40,856 nucleotides of DNA. Source: a virus (lineage: Duplodnaviria; Heunggongvirae; Uroviricota; Caudoviricetes). Made by a program: the position numbers and the translations under genes. Under the pieces are notes generated by a model. That model searched no databases, was not told the origin of the DNA, and saw only the letters and a program-made list of their open reading frames with translations. Positions 26,518 to 36,261 of the stretch are shown piece after piece; position 1 is the first letter of the stretch, and each line of letters starts with the position of its first letter. Location: the IMG/VR virus record IMGVR_UViG_2561511241_000004, positions 1 through 40,856 of that record. One strand, 5' to 3'.

Positions 26518-27975
26518 ATGAGTGTGGCGACATTACGTGAACTGATTATTAAAATCTCGGCAAATTCCCGGTCATTCCAGTCAGAGATCTCCCGGGCTTC
26601 GCGTATGGGGCAGGATTACTACCGTACCATGCAGAACGGAGGCCGGCAGTCCGCTGCTGCATCCCGTGAAATGCGGCGTGCACTGGCAGAAGTGACGGAT
26701 CAGATAAATACAGCTAAATCTTCGGCACTGAACATGGCTGGCGCATTTGCCGGTGCTTTTGCCACTGGACATCTTATATCTCTTGCGGATGAATGGAGTT
26801 CAGTAAATGCCCGTCTGAAGCAGGCCTCACAGTCCAGTGATGATTTTCAGGCATCACAGCGTGAATTAATGGCGATCAGCCAGAAAACGGGGACGGCGTT
26901 TTCTGATAACGCACGCCTTTTTGCCCGTTCTGCAGCTTCCATGCGGGAGTATGGTTACAGTTCTGAGGAAGTACTGAAAGTCACCGAGGCGATCTCCACG
27001 GGCCTGAATTTATCCGGTGCCAGTACAGCAGAAGCCAGTTCGGTGATCACGCAGTTCAGTCAGGCACTGGCGCAGGGAGTGCTGCGCGGTGAAGAGTTTA
27101 ACTCGGTGAATGAGAACGGCGATCGTGTTATTCGTGCGCTGGCTGCGGGAATGGGTGTTGCCCGTAAGGATCTGAAGGCCATGGCGGATAACGGAAAACT
27201 GACCACCGATAAGGTTGTTCCTGCACTGATTAGTCAGCTTGGGGCATTACGTGATGAATATGCGGCAATGCCTGATACGGTTTCATCCTCTGCAACCAAA
27301 GTTGAAAACGCCTTTATGGCCTGGGTTGGTGGTGCGAACGAGGCAAGCGGAGTGACGAAGACGCTCTCCGGTGTGCTGAATGGTATTGCAGGCAATATTG
27401 ACACCGTGGCAACCGCTGCCGGTGCTCTGGTTGCCGTCGGGGTAGCCCGATATTTTGGCAATATGGCGTCTTCTGCTGGATCTGCAACTGCCGGATTAAT
27501 TACTGCAGCCAGAAACGAAGTGGCTCTTGCGGAAGCGCAACTCCGGGGGACACAGATAGCAACAGCCAGGGCGCGTGCGGCGGTTTATCGTGCGCAACAG
27601 GCAGTTGTGGCTACCCGTGGTACAGAAAGGCAGGCAGCCGCAGAAGCGAAACTGGCTGCTGCCCAGGCATCACTTACCCGTAATATTGCGGCCAGAACAG
27701 CAGCACAGACAACGCTGAATACTGTCACGTCAGTGGGGAGCCGTTTGTTAAGTGGGGCACTGGGGCTGGTTGGGGGTGTGCCGGGGCTTGTCATGCTGGG
27801 AGCCGCGGCCTGGTACACGACTGTATCAGAATCAGGAGCAGGCCAGAGAATCTGCACGCCAGTATGCCGCAACAATCGACGAAATTCGCCAGAAAACCGT
27901 CGGCAATGTCGCTTCCTGAAGCGTCAGATAATGAGGAAAAGACGCGGCAGGCACTTGATGAGCAAAACAGGTTAA
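26518..27975 (+). CDS. tail tape measure protein, N-terminal fragment (credible to about 27835, then junk)
   Basis: Coiled-coil rich, ends with hydrophobic ...GGVPGLVMLGAAAWY; translation after about 27840 is Arg/Cys junk. Confidence 0.6.
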   Translation: MSVATLRELIIKISANSRSFQSEISRASRMGQDYYRTMQNGGRQSAAASREMRRALAEVTDQINTAKSSALNMAGAFAGAFATGHLISLADEWSSVNARLKQASQSSDDFQASQRELMAISQKTGTAFSDNARLFARSAASMREYGYSSEEVLKVTEAISTGLNLSGASTAEASSVITQFSQALAQGVLRGEEFNSVNENGDRVIRALAAGMGVARKDLKAMADNGKLTTDKVVPALISQLGALRDEYAAMPDTVSSSATKVENAFMAWVGGANEASGVTKTLSGVLNGIAGNIDTVATAAGALVAVGVARYFGNMASSAGSATAGLITAARNEVALAEAQLRGTQIATARARAAVYRAQQAVVATRGTERQAAAEAKLAAAQASLTRNIAARTAAQTTLNTVTSVGSRLLSGALGLVGGVPGLVMLGAAAWYTTVSESGAGQRICTPVCRNNRRNSPENRRQCRFLKRQIMRKRRGRHLMSKTG

Positions 27976-28082
27976 TTGACGAGCAGAAAAGTAAGATTAA
28001 ATCCTTACAGGAAAAAATTGCTGGCTATCAGTATGTGCTGGCAAACCCGGGCTGGACAACCGATAACGGTTTTTATGATTAA
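27864..28082 (+). CDS. tape measure protein, middle fragment in a different frame
   Basis: Protein-like ...LPEASDNEEKTRQALDEQNRLIDEQKSKIKSLQEKIAGYQYVLANPGW...; a third frame gives QEQARESARQYAATIDEIRQKTVGNVAS over 27833-27916. Confidence 0.4.
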   Translation: MPQQSTKFARKPSAMSLPEASDNEEKTRQALDEQNRLIDEQKSKIKSLQEKIAGYQYVLANPGWTTDNGFYD

Positions 28083-28117
28083 CCACATGACGTCGGTAAA
28101 AACTGTCACAGAAGGGC

Positions 28118-29755
28118 TTGCAGAAGCAACAAATCAACTGGCAGTTGAAACAGTCTCGCCTCACTCAAATGCAGGGCAAAGCGCAATCCATTCAGGATGT
28201 GCTTGCCGGGCTGGAGGAGCGACGGGTGGCGTTGATTCGTCAACAGGCGGCGGAGCAAAATAAAGCGTATCAGTCCCTGTTGATCATGAATGGTCAGTAC
28301 ACTGAGTTTAATCACCTTCTCGGGCTTGGTAATGAGTTACTTCAGCAGCGTCAGGGGCTGGTGAATGTACCATTACGGCTGCCACAGGCCACCCTGGATG
28401 ATAAACAGCAGACAGCACTGAATAACAGCGAGCGCGAACTGGCTCTGTCCCGCCTGAAGGGGGAAGCCCGTGAGCGTGCCCGCCTGGGTTATGCTGCGGA
28501 TGATCTCGGCTTTGTGGGAGAGGCATATCAGACAGCAAGACTGAATTATATTAATAATTCACTGGATGCATGGCGAAATAACCAGGCAAATAAACCCAAA
28601 GCGCATAAAAAGACCGAAGCGGAAAAAACAGAAGATATTTATAAACGGCTGATTAAACAGCAGAAAGAGCAGATAGCACTGGCAGGGCAGAATACTGAAC
28701 TGGCTAAGATGAAATATCAGGTCAGTCAGGGCGAATTATCAACCCTGTCAGAAGCGCAGAAAAAAACGCTTTTGCAGAATGCAGCACTCATCGACCAGAA
28801 AAAGATTCGTGAGCAGCTTGCTGCGTATGAGAGCAGTCTGGCGGACAGTAATGCCAGTGCCCGGGCATCTGACGAAGCGCAGTTGCTGGGATATGGTGAA
28901 GGCTCACGGATGCGTGAACGACTCCAGGAAATGTGGAGTATCCGGCAGGCGTTTGAGCAGAAAAATAACGAGCTGCTGAGACAGTATCAGGCCGGAGAAA
29001 TTGAAGAAGCCCTGTGGAAACAGGAGAAAGAACTGAATAAAAAATATCTGGAAGAGCGTCTCAGCGATCAGCAGGATTATTATGCAAAGGCCGATGCTTT
29101 ACGTAATAACTGGAATGCCGGACTCCAGGAGGGACTGACCAACTGGGCAGACAGTGCCACCGATTATGCTTCACAGGCGGCAGATGCTGTCGTTTCCACG
29201 ATGGACGGGCTGGTATCAAATATTTCCGATGCACTGGCCGGGAATGTTGTGGACTGGAGGAACTGGGGGAGTTCAGTTCTCCGGGAAGTTTCAAAAATTC
29301 TGATGAATGCAGCCATTGTTAACGGACTGAAATCACTCTCCGGTGCCGGAGGGTGGCTTGGTACGGTCGGCGGATGGATTTCGGGGGCAGTGGCAAACGC
29401 AAAAGGTGGTGTTTACACATCGGCAAATCTGAGTGCTTACAGTAACACTATTGTGGATACACCGACGTATTTTGCTTTTGCGAAAGGTGCCGGGTTGATG
29501 GGCGAGGCCGGGCCTGAAGCAATCATGCCACTGACACGGGCAGCGGACGGCTCTCTTGGGGTCAGGGCCATTGGAAATGTGAATGGTGGTGGTGGATTTG
29601 TTTATTCTCCCGTGTATCACATCAGCATTCAGAATCAAGGGAGCAATGGCGAGATAGATGCGCGCTCAGCCAGGGGACTGGTGGATCTGATCGACAGCAG
29701 GGTTGTGTCAATTATGCAGTCATCGCGTCGGGATGGAGGATTGTACAGTGCCTGA
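28118..29755 (+). CDS. tail tape measure protein, C-terminal fragment (lambda H-like C-terminus)
   Basis: Frame open from 28100; C-terminal region resembles lambda H (...GLMGEAGPEAIMPL...). Confidence 0.65.
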   Translation: MQKQQINWQLKQSRLTQMQGKAQSIQDVLAGLEERRVALIRQQAAEQNKAYQSLLIMNGQYTEFNHLLGLGNELLQQRQGLVNVPLRLPQATLDDKQQTALNNSERELALSRLKGEARERARLGYAADDLGFVGEAYQTARLNYINNSLDAWRNNQANKPKAHKKTEAEKTEDIYKRLIKQQKEQIALAGQNTELAKMKYQVSQGELSTLSEAQKKTLLQNAALIDQKKIREQLAAYESSLADSNASARASDEAQLLGYGEGSRMRERLQEMWSIRQAFEQKNNELLRQYQAGEIEEALWKQEKELNKKYLEERLSDQQDYYAKADALRNNWNAGLQEGLTNWADSATDYASQAADAVVSTMDGLVSNISDALAGNVVDWRNWGSSVLREVSKILMNAAIVNGLKSLSGAGGWLGTVGGWISGAVANAKGGVYTSANLSAYSNTIVDTPTYFAFAKGAGLMGEAGPEAIMPLTRAADGSLGVRAIGNVNGGGGFVYSPVYHISIQNQGSNGEIDARSARGLVDLIDSRVVSIMQSSRRDGGLYSA

Positions 29756-30089
29756 GCCTGAAGTTTTTAACTGGATCCCCCGTGAGGGGATGGAGACGAC
29801 ACGAAAGCCATCAGTTATTACGGTAAAGTTTGGTGACGGATATGAACAGCGACGGGCTGGTGGTCTGAATGCGGATCTGAAAACGTTTAAACCGGTATTT
29901 CGTGTCACAGATGAATATTCCCGTGCCGCGCTGGACAGTTTTTTATCCCGTCATGCCGGGATTCGTGCTTTTTTGTGGCGTCCGCCAAAACACAACAGGA
30001 CTGTCCGGGTTGTCTGCAGGGAGTGGAGCATTTCGGATAATGCCATGTATACCGATTTTAACTGTACCTTTGAAGAGGTCACTCACTGA
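29748..30089 (+). CDS. M: minor tail protein M
   Basis: Lambda M-like (...KFGDGYEQRRAGGLNADLKT...); GTG at 29748 with GGAGGA RBS preferred over the ATG at 29733. Confidence 0.8.
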   Translation: MPEPEVFNWIPREGMETTRKPSVITVKFGDGYEQRRAGGLNADLKTFKPVFRVTDEYSRAALDSFLSRHAGIRAFLWRPPKHNRTVRVVCREWSISDNAMYTDFNCTFEEVTH

Positions 30090-30787
30090 TGCAGGATATA
30101 CAGCAGGAAACACTCAATGAGTGCACTAAAACGGAGCAATCCGCGCTGGTCGTGCTCTGGGAAATTGATCTGACAGAGGTCGGCGGAGATCGTTATTTCT
30201 TCTGTAATGAGCAGAACGAAAAAGGTGAACCAGTCACCTGGCAGGGGCGGCAGTATCAGGCTTATCCCATTCAGGGAAGCGGATTTGAGATGAACGGCAA
30301 AGGAGCCAGTGCAAGGCCAACGCTTAAAGTCTCTAATCTGTACGGCATGGTCACCGGGATGGCGGAAGATCTGCAGAGTCTGGTCGGCGGAACGGTGGTC
30401 CGGCGTAAGGTTTACGCCCGTTTTCTGGATGCGGTGAACTTCGTCAACGGAAACAGTGACGCCGATCCGGAGCAGGAGGTGATCAGCCGCTGGCGCATCG
30501 AACAGTGCAGCGAACTGAGCGCGGTCAGTGCCTCTTTTGTGCTGTCCACACCGACGGAAACGGATGGCGCTGTTTTTCCGGGGCGCATCATGCTGGCCAA
30601 CACCTGCACCTGGATCTACCGCGGCGATGAGTGCGGTTATGATGGCCCGGCGGTCGCGGATGAATATGACCAGCCAACGTCCGATATCACGAAGGATAAA
30701 TGCAGCAAATGCCTGAGTGGTTGCAAGTTCCGCAATAACGTCGGCAATTTTGGCGGCTACCTTTCCATTAACAAACTTTCGCAGTAA
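30089..30787 (+). CDS. L: minor tail protein L
   Basis: 232 aa, lambda L-like with C-terminal Cys cluster. Confidence 0.9.
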   Translation: MQDIQQETLNECTKTEQSALVVLWEIDLTEVGGDRYFFCNEQNEKGEPVTWQGRQYQAYPIQGSGFEMNGKGASARPTLKVSNLYGMVTGMAEDLQSLVGGTVVRRKVYARFLDAVNFVNGNSDADPEQEVISRWRIEQCSELSAVSASFVLSTPTETDGAVFPGRIMLANTCTWIYRGDECGYDGPAVADEYDQPTSDITKDKCSKCLSGCKFRNNVGNFGGYLSINKLSQ

Positions 30788-30791
30788 ACCC

Positions 30792-31535
30792 ATGACAGAG
30801 ACAGAATCAGCGATTCTGGCGCACGCCCGGCGATGTGCGCCAGCGGAGTCGTGCGGCTTCGTGGTGAGAACGCCGGAGGGGGACAGATATTTTCCCTGCG
30901 TGAATATCTCCGGTGAGCCGGAGGCGTATTTCCGGATGTCGCCGGAGGACTGGCTGCGGGCAGAGATGCAGGGTGAGATTGTGGCGCTGGTCCACAGCCA
31001 CCCCGGTGGTCTGCCCTGGCTGAGTGAGGCCGACCGGCGGCTGCAGGTGCAGAGTGATTTGCCGTGGTGGCTGGTCTGCCGTGGGGAGATTCATAAATTC
31101 CGCTGTGTGCCGTATCTCACCGGGCGGCGCTTTGAGCACGGGGTGACGGACTGTTACACGCTGTTCCGGGATGCTTACCATCTGGCGGGGATTGAGATGC
31201 CGGATTTTCATCGCGAGGATGACTGGTGGCGTCACGGTCAGAATCTCTATCTGGATAATCTGGAGGCCACAGGGCTGTATCAGGTGCCGTTGTCAGCGGC
31301 GCAGCCGGGCGATGTGCTGCTGTGCTGTTTTGGTTCATCGGTGCCGAATCATGCCGCCATTTACTGTGGTGACGGCGAGCTGCTGCACCATATTCCTGAA
31401 CAACTGAGCAAACGAGAGAGGTATACCGACAAATGGCAGCGACGCACACAATCCCTCTGGCGTCACCAGGCATGGCACGCATCTGCCTTTACGGGGATTT
31501 ACAACGATTTGTCCGCCGCATCGATCTGCGTGTGA
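30792..31535 (+). CDS. K: tail assembly protein K (JAB/MPN plus NlpC/P60-like)
   Basis: Lambda K-like (HSHPGG...); overlaps the start of I. Confidence 0.85.
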   Translation: MTETESAILAHARRCAPAESCGFVVRTPEGDRYFPCVNISGEPEAYFRMSPEDWLRAEMQGEIVALVHSHPGGLPWLSEADRRLQVQSDLPWWLVCRGEIHKFRCVPYLTGRRFEHGVTDCYTLFRDAYHLAGIEMPDFHREDDWWRHGQNLYLDNLEATGLYQVPLSAAQPGDVLLCCFGSSVPNHAAIYCGDGELLHHIPEQLSKRERYTDKWQRRTQSLWRHQAWHASAFTGIYNDLSAASICV

Positions 31536-32074
31536 AAACGGGGGCCGAAGCCATCCGGGCGCTGGCCATGCAGATCCCGGCGTTTCGTCAGAAGCTGAGC
31601 GACGGCTGGTATCAGGTACGCATTGCCGGGCGTGATACAGGTGAAACGGAATTATCAGCCCGTCTTAATGAACCGCTGGCAAATGGTGCTGTGATCCATA
31701 TCGTGCCGCGTCTGGCAGGAGCCAAAAGTGGCGGTGTGTTTCAGGCTGTGCTGGGGGCGGCTGTTATGGCGGTTGCTATATGGATGCCGGGGGTAGGAAT
31801 TATGGCGAGTAATCTGCTGTTTTCTCTCGGTGCCAGTATGACGCTTGGCGGTGTTGCACAGATGCTGGCCCCTAAACCCAAAACCCCCCGCACACAGACA
31901 ACGGATAACGGCAAACAGAACACCTATTTTTCTTCACTGGATAATATGGTTGCCCAGGGCAATGTTCTGCCCGTTCTGTACGGTGAAATGCGCGTGGGAT
32001 CACGTGTGGTATCTCAGGAGATCAGCACAGCAGATGAAGGTGATGGTGGTCAGGTTGTGGTGATTGGTCGCTGA
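31433..32074 (+). CDS. I: tail assembly protein I
   Basis: Near-identical to lambda I at both ends (MAATHTIPLASPGMARICLYGDLQRF... ...EGDGGQVVVIGR). Confidence 0.9.
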   Translation: MAATHTIPLASPGMARICLYGDLQRFVRRIDLRVKTGAEAIRALAMQIPAFRQKLSDGWYQVRIAGRDTGETELSARLNEPLANGAVIHIVPRLAGAKSGGVFQAVLGAAVMAVAIWMPGVGIMASNLLFSLGASMTLGGVAQMLAPKPKTPRTQTTDNGKQNTYFSSLDNMVAQGNVLPVLYGEMRVGSRVVSQEISTADEGDGGQVVVIGR

Positions 32075-32134
32075 TGAAAAACGTTTTATGTGAAACCGCC
32101 TCCGGGCGGTTTTATCGTTTATGGAGCATGACGA

Positions 32135-35100
32135 ATGGGTAAAGGCAGCAGTAAGGGGCATACCCCGCGCGAAGCGAAGGACAACCTGAAATCCACGCAG
32201 CTGCTGAGTGTGATTGATGCCATCAGCGAAGGGCCGATTGAAGGTCCGGTGGATGGATTAAAAAGCGTGCTGCTGAACAGTACGCCAGTGCTGGACAGTG
32301 AGGGGAATACCAACATCTCCGGCGTCACGGTGGTGTTCCGGGCCGGTGAGCAGGAGCAGACACCGCCGGAGGGATTTGAATCCTCCGGCTCCGAGACGGT
32401 GCTGGGTACGGAAGTGAAATACGACACGCCGATCACCCGGACCATCACGTCGGCAAACATTGACCGACTGCGTTTTACCTTCGGCGTGCAGGCACTGGTG
32501 GAAACCACCTCAAAGGGGGACAGGAATCCGTCGGAAGTCCGCCTGCTGGTTCAGATACAGCGTAATGGTGGCTGGGTGACGGAAAAAGACATCACCATTA
32601 AGGGCAAAACCACCTCGCAGTATCTGGCCTCGGTGGTGGTGGGTAACCTGCCGCCGCGCCCGTTCAATATACGGATGCGCAGGATGACGCCGGACAGCAC
32701 CACAGACCAGCTGCAGAACAAAACGCTCTGGTCGTCATACACCGAAATCATCGATGTGAAACAGTGCTACCCGAACACGGCACTGGTCGGCGTGCAGGTG
32801 GACTCGGAGCAGTTCGGCAGCCAGCAGGTGAGCCGTAATTATCATCTGCGCGGGCGTATTCTGCAGGTGCCGTCGAATTATAACCCGCAGACGCGGCAAT
32901 ACAGCGGTATCTGGGACGGAACGTTTAAACCGGCATACAGCAACAACATGGCCTGGTGTCTGTGGGATATGCTGACCCATCCGCGCTACGGCATGGGGAA
33001 ACGTCTTGGTGCGGCGGATGTGGATAAATGGGCGCTGTATGTCATCGGCCAGTACTGCGACCAGTCAGTGCCGGACGGCTTTGGCGGCACGGAGCCGCGC
33101 ATCACCTGTAATGCGTACCTGACCACACAGCGCAAGGCGTGGGATGTGCTCAGTGATTTCTGCTCGGCGATGCGCTGTATGCCGGTATGGAACGGGCAGA
33201 CGCTGACGTTCGTGCAGGACCGGCCATCAGATAAGGTGTGGACCTATAACCGCAGTAATGTGGTGATGCCGGATGATGGTGCGCCGTTCCGCTACAGCTT
33301 CAGCGCCCTGAAGGACCGCCATAATGCCGTTGAGGTGAACTGGATTGACCCGAATAACGGCCAGGAGACGGCGACAGAGCTTGTGGAGGATACGCAGGCC
33401 ATTGCCCGTTACGGTCGTAACGTCACGAAAATGGATGCCTTTGGCTGTACCAGCCGGGGGCAGGCACACCGAGCCGGGCTGTGGCTGATTAAAACGGAGC
33501 TGCTGGAAACGCAGACCGTGGACTTCAGCGTGGGTGCTGAAGGGCTTCGCCATGTGCCGGGCGATGTCATTGAAATCTGCGATGATGACTATGCCGGTAT
33601 CAGCACCGGTGGTCGCGTGCTGGCGGTGAACAGCCAGACCCGGACGCTGACGCTCGACCGTGAAATCACGCTGCCATCCTCCGGCACCACGCTGATAAGC
33701 CTGGTTGACGGAAATGGCAATCCGGTCAGCGTGGAGGTTCAGTCCGTCACCGACGGCGTGAAGGTGAAAGTGAGCCGGGTTCCTGACGGCGTTGCTGAAT
33801 ACAGCGTGTGGGGGCTGAAGTTGCCGACGTTGCGCCAGCGCCTGTTCCGCTGTGTGAGTATCCGTGAGAACGATGACGGCACGTATGCCATCACTGCCGT
33901 GCAGCATGTACCGGAAAAAGAGGCCATCGTGGATAACGGGGCGCACTTTGACGGCGACCAGAGCGGCACGGTGAATGGTGTCACGCCGCCAGCGGTGCAG
34001 CACCTGACCGCCGAAGTCACCGCAGACAGCGGGGAATATCAGGTGCTGGCGCGCTGGGACACGCCGAAGGTGGTGAAGGGCGTGAGCTTCCTGCTCCGTC
34101 TGACCGTAACAGCGGATGACGGCAGTGAGCGGCTGGTCAGCACGGCCCGGACGACGGAAACCACATACCGCTTCACGCAACTGGCGCTGGGGAACTACAG
34201 GCTGACTGTCCGGGCTGTAAATGCGTGGGGACAGCAGGGCGAGCCGGCATCGGTATCGTTCCGGATTGCCGCACCGGCAGCGCCGTCTCGGATTGAGCTG
34301 ACACCGGGCTATTTTCAGATAACCGCCACGCCGCATCTTGCGGTTTATGATCCGACGGTACAATTTGAGTTCTGGTTCTCGGAAACGCGGATTACCGATA
34401 TCAGGCAGGTTGAAACCACAGCCCGCTACCTTGGCACGGGGCTGTACTGGATAGCCGCCAGTATCAATATCAAACCGGGCCATGATTATTACTTTTATAT
34501 CCGCAGTGTGAACACCGTTGGCAAATCGGCATTCGTGGAGGCCGTCGGTCGGGCGAGCGATGATGCGGAAGGTTACCTGGATTTTTTCAAAGGCAAGATA
34601 ACCGAATCCCATCTTGGTAAAGAGCTGCTGGAAAAAGTCGACCTGACGGAGGATAACGCCAGCAAACTGGAGCAGTTTTCGAAAGAGTGGAAGGATGCCA
34701 ACGATAAATGGAATGCCATGTGGGCTGTCAAAATTGAGCAGACCAAAGACGGCAAACATTATGTCGCGGGTATTGGCCTCAGTATGGAGGACACGGAGGA
34801 AGGCAAACTGAGCCAGTTTCTGGTTGCCGCTAACCGTATCGCGTTTATTGACCCGGCAAACGGGAATGAAACGCCGATGTTTGTGGCGCAGGGCAATCAG
34901 ATATTCATGAACGACGTGTTCCTGAAACGCCTGACGGCCCCCACCATTACCAGTGGTGGAAATCCACCGGCATTTTCCCTGACACCGGATGGGCGGCTGA
35001 CGGCGAAAAATGCCGATATCAGCGGTAACGTGAATGCGAACTCCGGGACGCTCAACAACGTCACGATTAACGAGAACTGTCGGGTTCTGGGAAAACTGTC

Positions 35101-35530
35101 CGCGAACCAGATTGAAGGCGATCTCGTTAAAACAGTGGGCAAAGCTTTCCCCCGGGACTCCCGTGCACCGGAACGGTGGCCATCAGGGACCATTACCGTC
35201 AGGGTTTATGACGATCAGCCGTTTGACCGGCAGATTGTTATTCCGGCGGTGGCATTCAGCGGCGCTAAACATGAGAGAGAGCATACTGATATTTACTCCT
35301 CATGCCGTCTGATAGTGCGGAAAAACGGTGCTGAAATTTATAACCGTACCGCGCTGGATAATACGCTGATTTACAGTGGCGTTATTGATATGCCTGCCGG
35401 TCACGGTCACATGACGCTGGAGTTTTCGGTGTCAGCATGGCTGGTAAATGACTGGTATCCCACAGCAAGTATCAGCGATTTGCTGGTTGTGGTGATGAAG
35501 AAAGCCACCGCAGGCATCAGTATCAGCTGA
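32135..35530 (+). CDS. J: tail tip / host specificity protein J
   Basis: 1131 aa, lambda J-like throughout, including fibronectin-like repeats and a C-terminal receptor-binding region. Confidence 0.95.
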   Translation: MGKGSSKGHTPREAKDNLKSTQLLSVIDAISEGPIEGPVDGLKSVLLNSTPVLDSEGNTNISGVTVVFRAGEQEQTPPEGFESSGSETVLGTEVKYDTPITRTITSANIDRLRFTFGVQALVETTSKGDRNPSEVRLLVQIQRNGGWVTEKDITIKGKTTSQYLASVVVGNLPPRPFNIRMRRMTPDSTTDQLQNKTLWSSYTEIIDVKQCYPNTALVGVQVDSEQFGSQQVSRNYHLRGRILQVPSNYNPQTRQYSGIWDGTFKPAYSNNMAWCLWDMLTHPRYGMGKRLGAADVDKWALYVIGQYCDQSVPDGFGGTEPRITCNAYLTTQRKAWDVLSDFCSAMRCMPVWNGQTLTFVQDRPSDKVWTYNRSNVVMPDDGAPFRYSFSALKDRHNAVEVNWIDPNNGQETATELVEDTQAIARYGRNVTKMDAFGCTSRGQAHRAGLWLIKTELLETQTVDFSVGAEGLRHVPGDVIEICDDDYAGISTGGRVLAVNSQTRTLTLDREITLPSSGTTLISLVDGNGNPVSVEVQSVTDGVKVKVSRVPDGVAEYSVWGLKLPTLRQRLFRCVSIRENDDGTYAITAVQHVPEKEAIVDNGAHFDGDQSGTVNGVTPPAVQHLTAEVTADSGEYQVLARWDTPKVVKGVSFLLRLTVTADDGSERLVSTARTTETTYRFTQLALGNYRLTVRAVNAWGQQGEPASVSFRIAAPAAPSRIELTPGYFQITATPHLAVYDPTVQFEFWFSETRITDIRQVETTARYLGTGLYWIAASINIKPGHDYYFYIRSVNTVGKSAFVEAVGRASDDAEGYLDFFKGKITESHLGKELLEKVDLTEDNASKLEQFSKEWKDANDKWNAMWAVKIEQTKDGKHYVAGIGLSMEDTEEGKLSQFLVAANRIAFIDPANGNETPMFVAQGNQIFMNDVFLKRLTAPTITSGGNPPAFSLTPDGRLTAKNADISGNVNANSGTLNNVTINENCRVLGKLSANQIEGDLVKTVGKAFPRDSRAPERWPSGTITVRVYDDQPFDRQIVIPAVAFSGAKHEREHTDIYSSCRLIVRKNGAEIYNRTALDNTLIYSGVIDMPAGHGHMTLEFSVSAWLVNDWYPTASISDLLVVVMKKATAGISIS

Positions 35531-35548
35531 ATTTTATAACCCATATAC

Positions 35549-35575
35549 GGGCGCCAGAAATGGCGCCTTTTTTAT
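35549..35575 (+). terminator. rho-independent terminator after J
   Basis: ggcgcca-gaaa-tggcgcc followed by tttttt. Confidence 0.6.
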
Positions 35576-35597
35576 TGCAGAAAAGCGAGAGGTAATT

Positions 35598-36197
35598 ATG
35601 CGTAAAGTTTGTGCAGCCATTTTGTCCGCAGCCATCTGTCTGTCCGTATCCGGTGCGCCTGCATGGGCGTCTGAACATCAGTCCACACTGAGCGCAGGGT
35701 ATCTTCATGCCCGTACGAACGCTCCCGGCAGCGATAATCTGAACGGGATTAACGTGAAATACCGTTATGAGTTTACGGACACGCTGGGGCTGATTACGTC
35801 CTTCAGTTATGCCAATGCTGAGGATGAGCAAAAAACGCACTACAGCGATACCCGCTGGCATGAAGATTCCGAGCGTAATCGCTGGTTCAGCGTGATGGCG
35901 GGGCCGTCTGTACGCGTGAATGAATGGTTCAGCGCGTATGCGATGGCGGGTGTGGCTTACAGCCGTGTGTCGACTTTCTCCGGGGATTATCTCCGCGTAA
36001 CTGACAACAAGGGGAAAAAGCACGATGTGCTGACCGGAAGTGATGACGGTCGCCACAGCAACACGTCTCTGGCGTGGGGAGCTGGCGTGCAGTTTAACCC
36101 GACCGAATCCGTGGCCATTGATGTCGCTTATGAAGGCTCCGGCAGTGGTGACTGGCGCACTGACGGGTTCATCGTGGGTGTTGGTTATAAATTCTGA
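35598..36197 (+). CDS. lom: outer membrane protein Lom (Ail/Lom family)
   Basis: Near-identical to lambda Lom; signal peptide; ends ...GFIVGVGYKF. Confidence 0.9.
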   Translation: MRKVCAAILSAAICLSVSGAPAWASEHQSTLSAGYLHARTNAPGSDNLNGINVKYRYEFTDTLGLITSFSYANAEDEQKTHYSDTRWHEDSERNRWFSVMAGPSVRVNEWFSAYAMAGVAYSRVSTFSGDYLRVTDNKGKKHDVLTGSDDGRHSNTSLAWGAGVQFNPTESVAIDVAYEGSGSGDWRTDGFIVGVGYKF

Positions 36198-36223
36198 TTA
36201 GCCAGGTAACACAGTGTTATGAC

Positions 36224-36250
36224 AGCCCGCCGGTTCAGGCGGGCTTTTTT
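36224..36250 (+). terminator. rho-independent terminator after lom
   Basis: gcccgcc-ggttca-ggcgggc followed by tttttt. Confidence 0.6.
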
Positions 36251-36261
36251 GTGGGGTGAAT

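Noticed and set aside
27976-28263. 95-aa ORF in the frame of the tape measure N-terminal fragment
   Set aside because: Continuation of an open but non-protein-like frame inside the tape measure gene; the frame of 28118 gives the credible coiled-coil translation here.
30083-30793. 236-aa minus-strand ORF
   Set aside because: Antisense to the lambda L-like minor tail gene, which is near-identical to a known protein.
33227-34759. 510-aa ORF on the minus strand
   Set aside because: Entirely antisense to the J host-specificity gene; composition is Arg/Pro/Gly-rich junk typical of the reverse strand of GC-rich coding DNA; no RBS.
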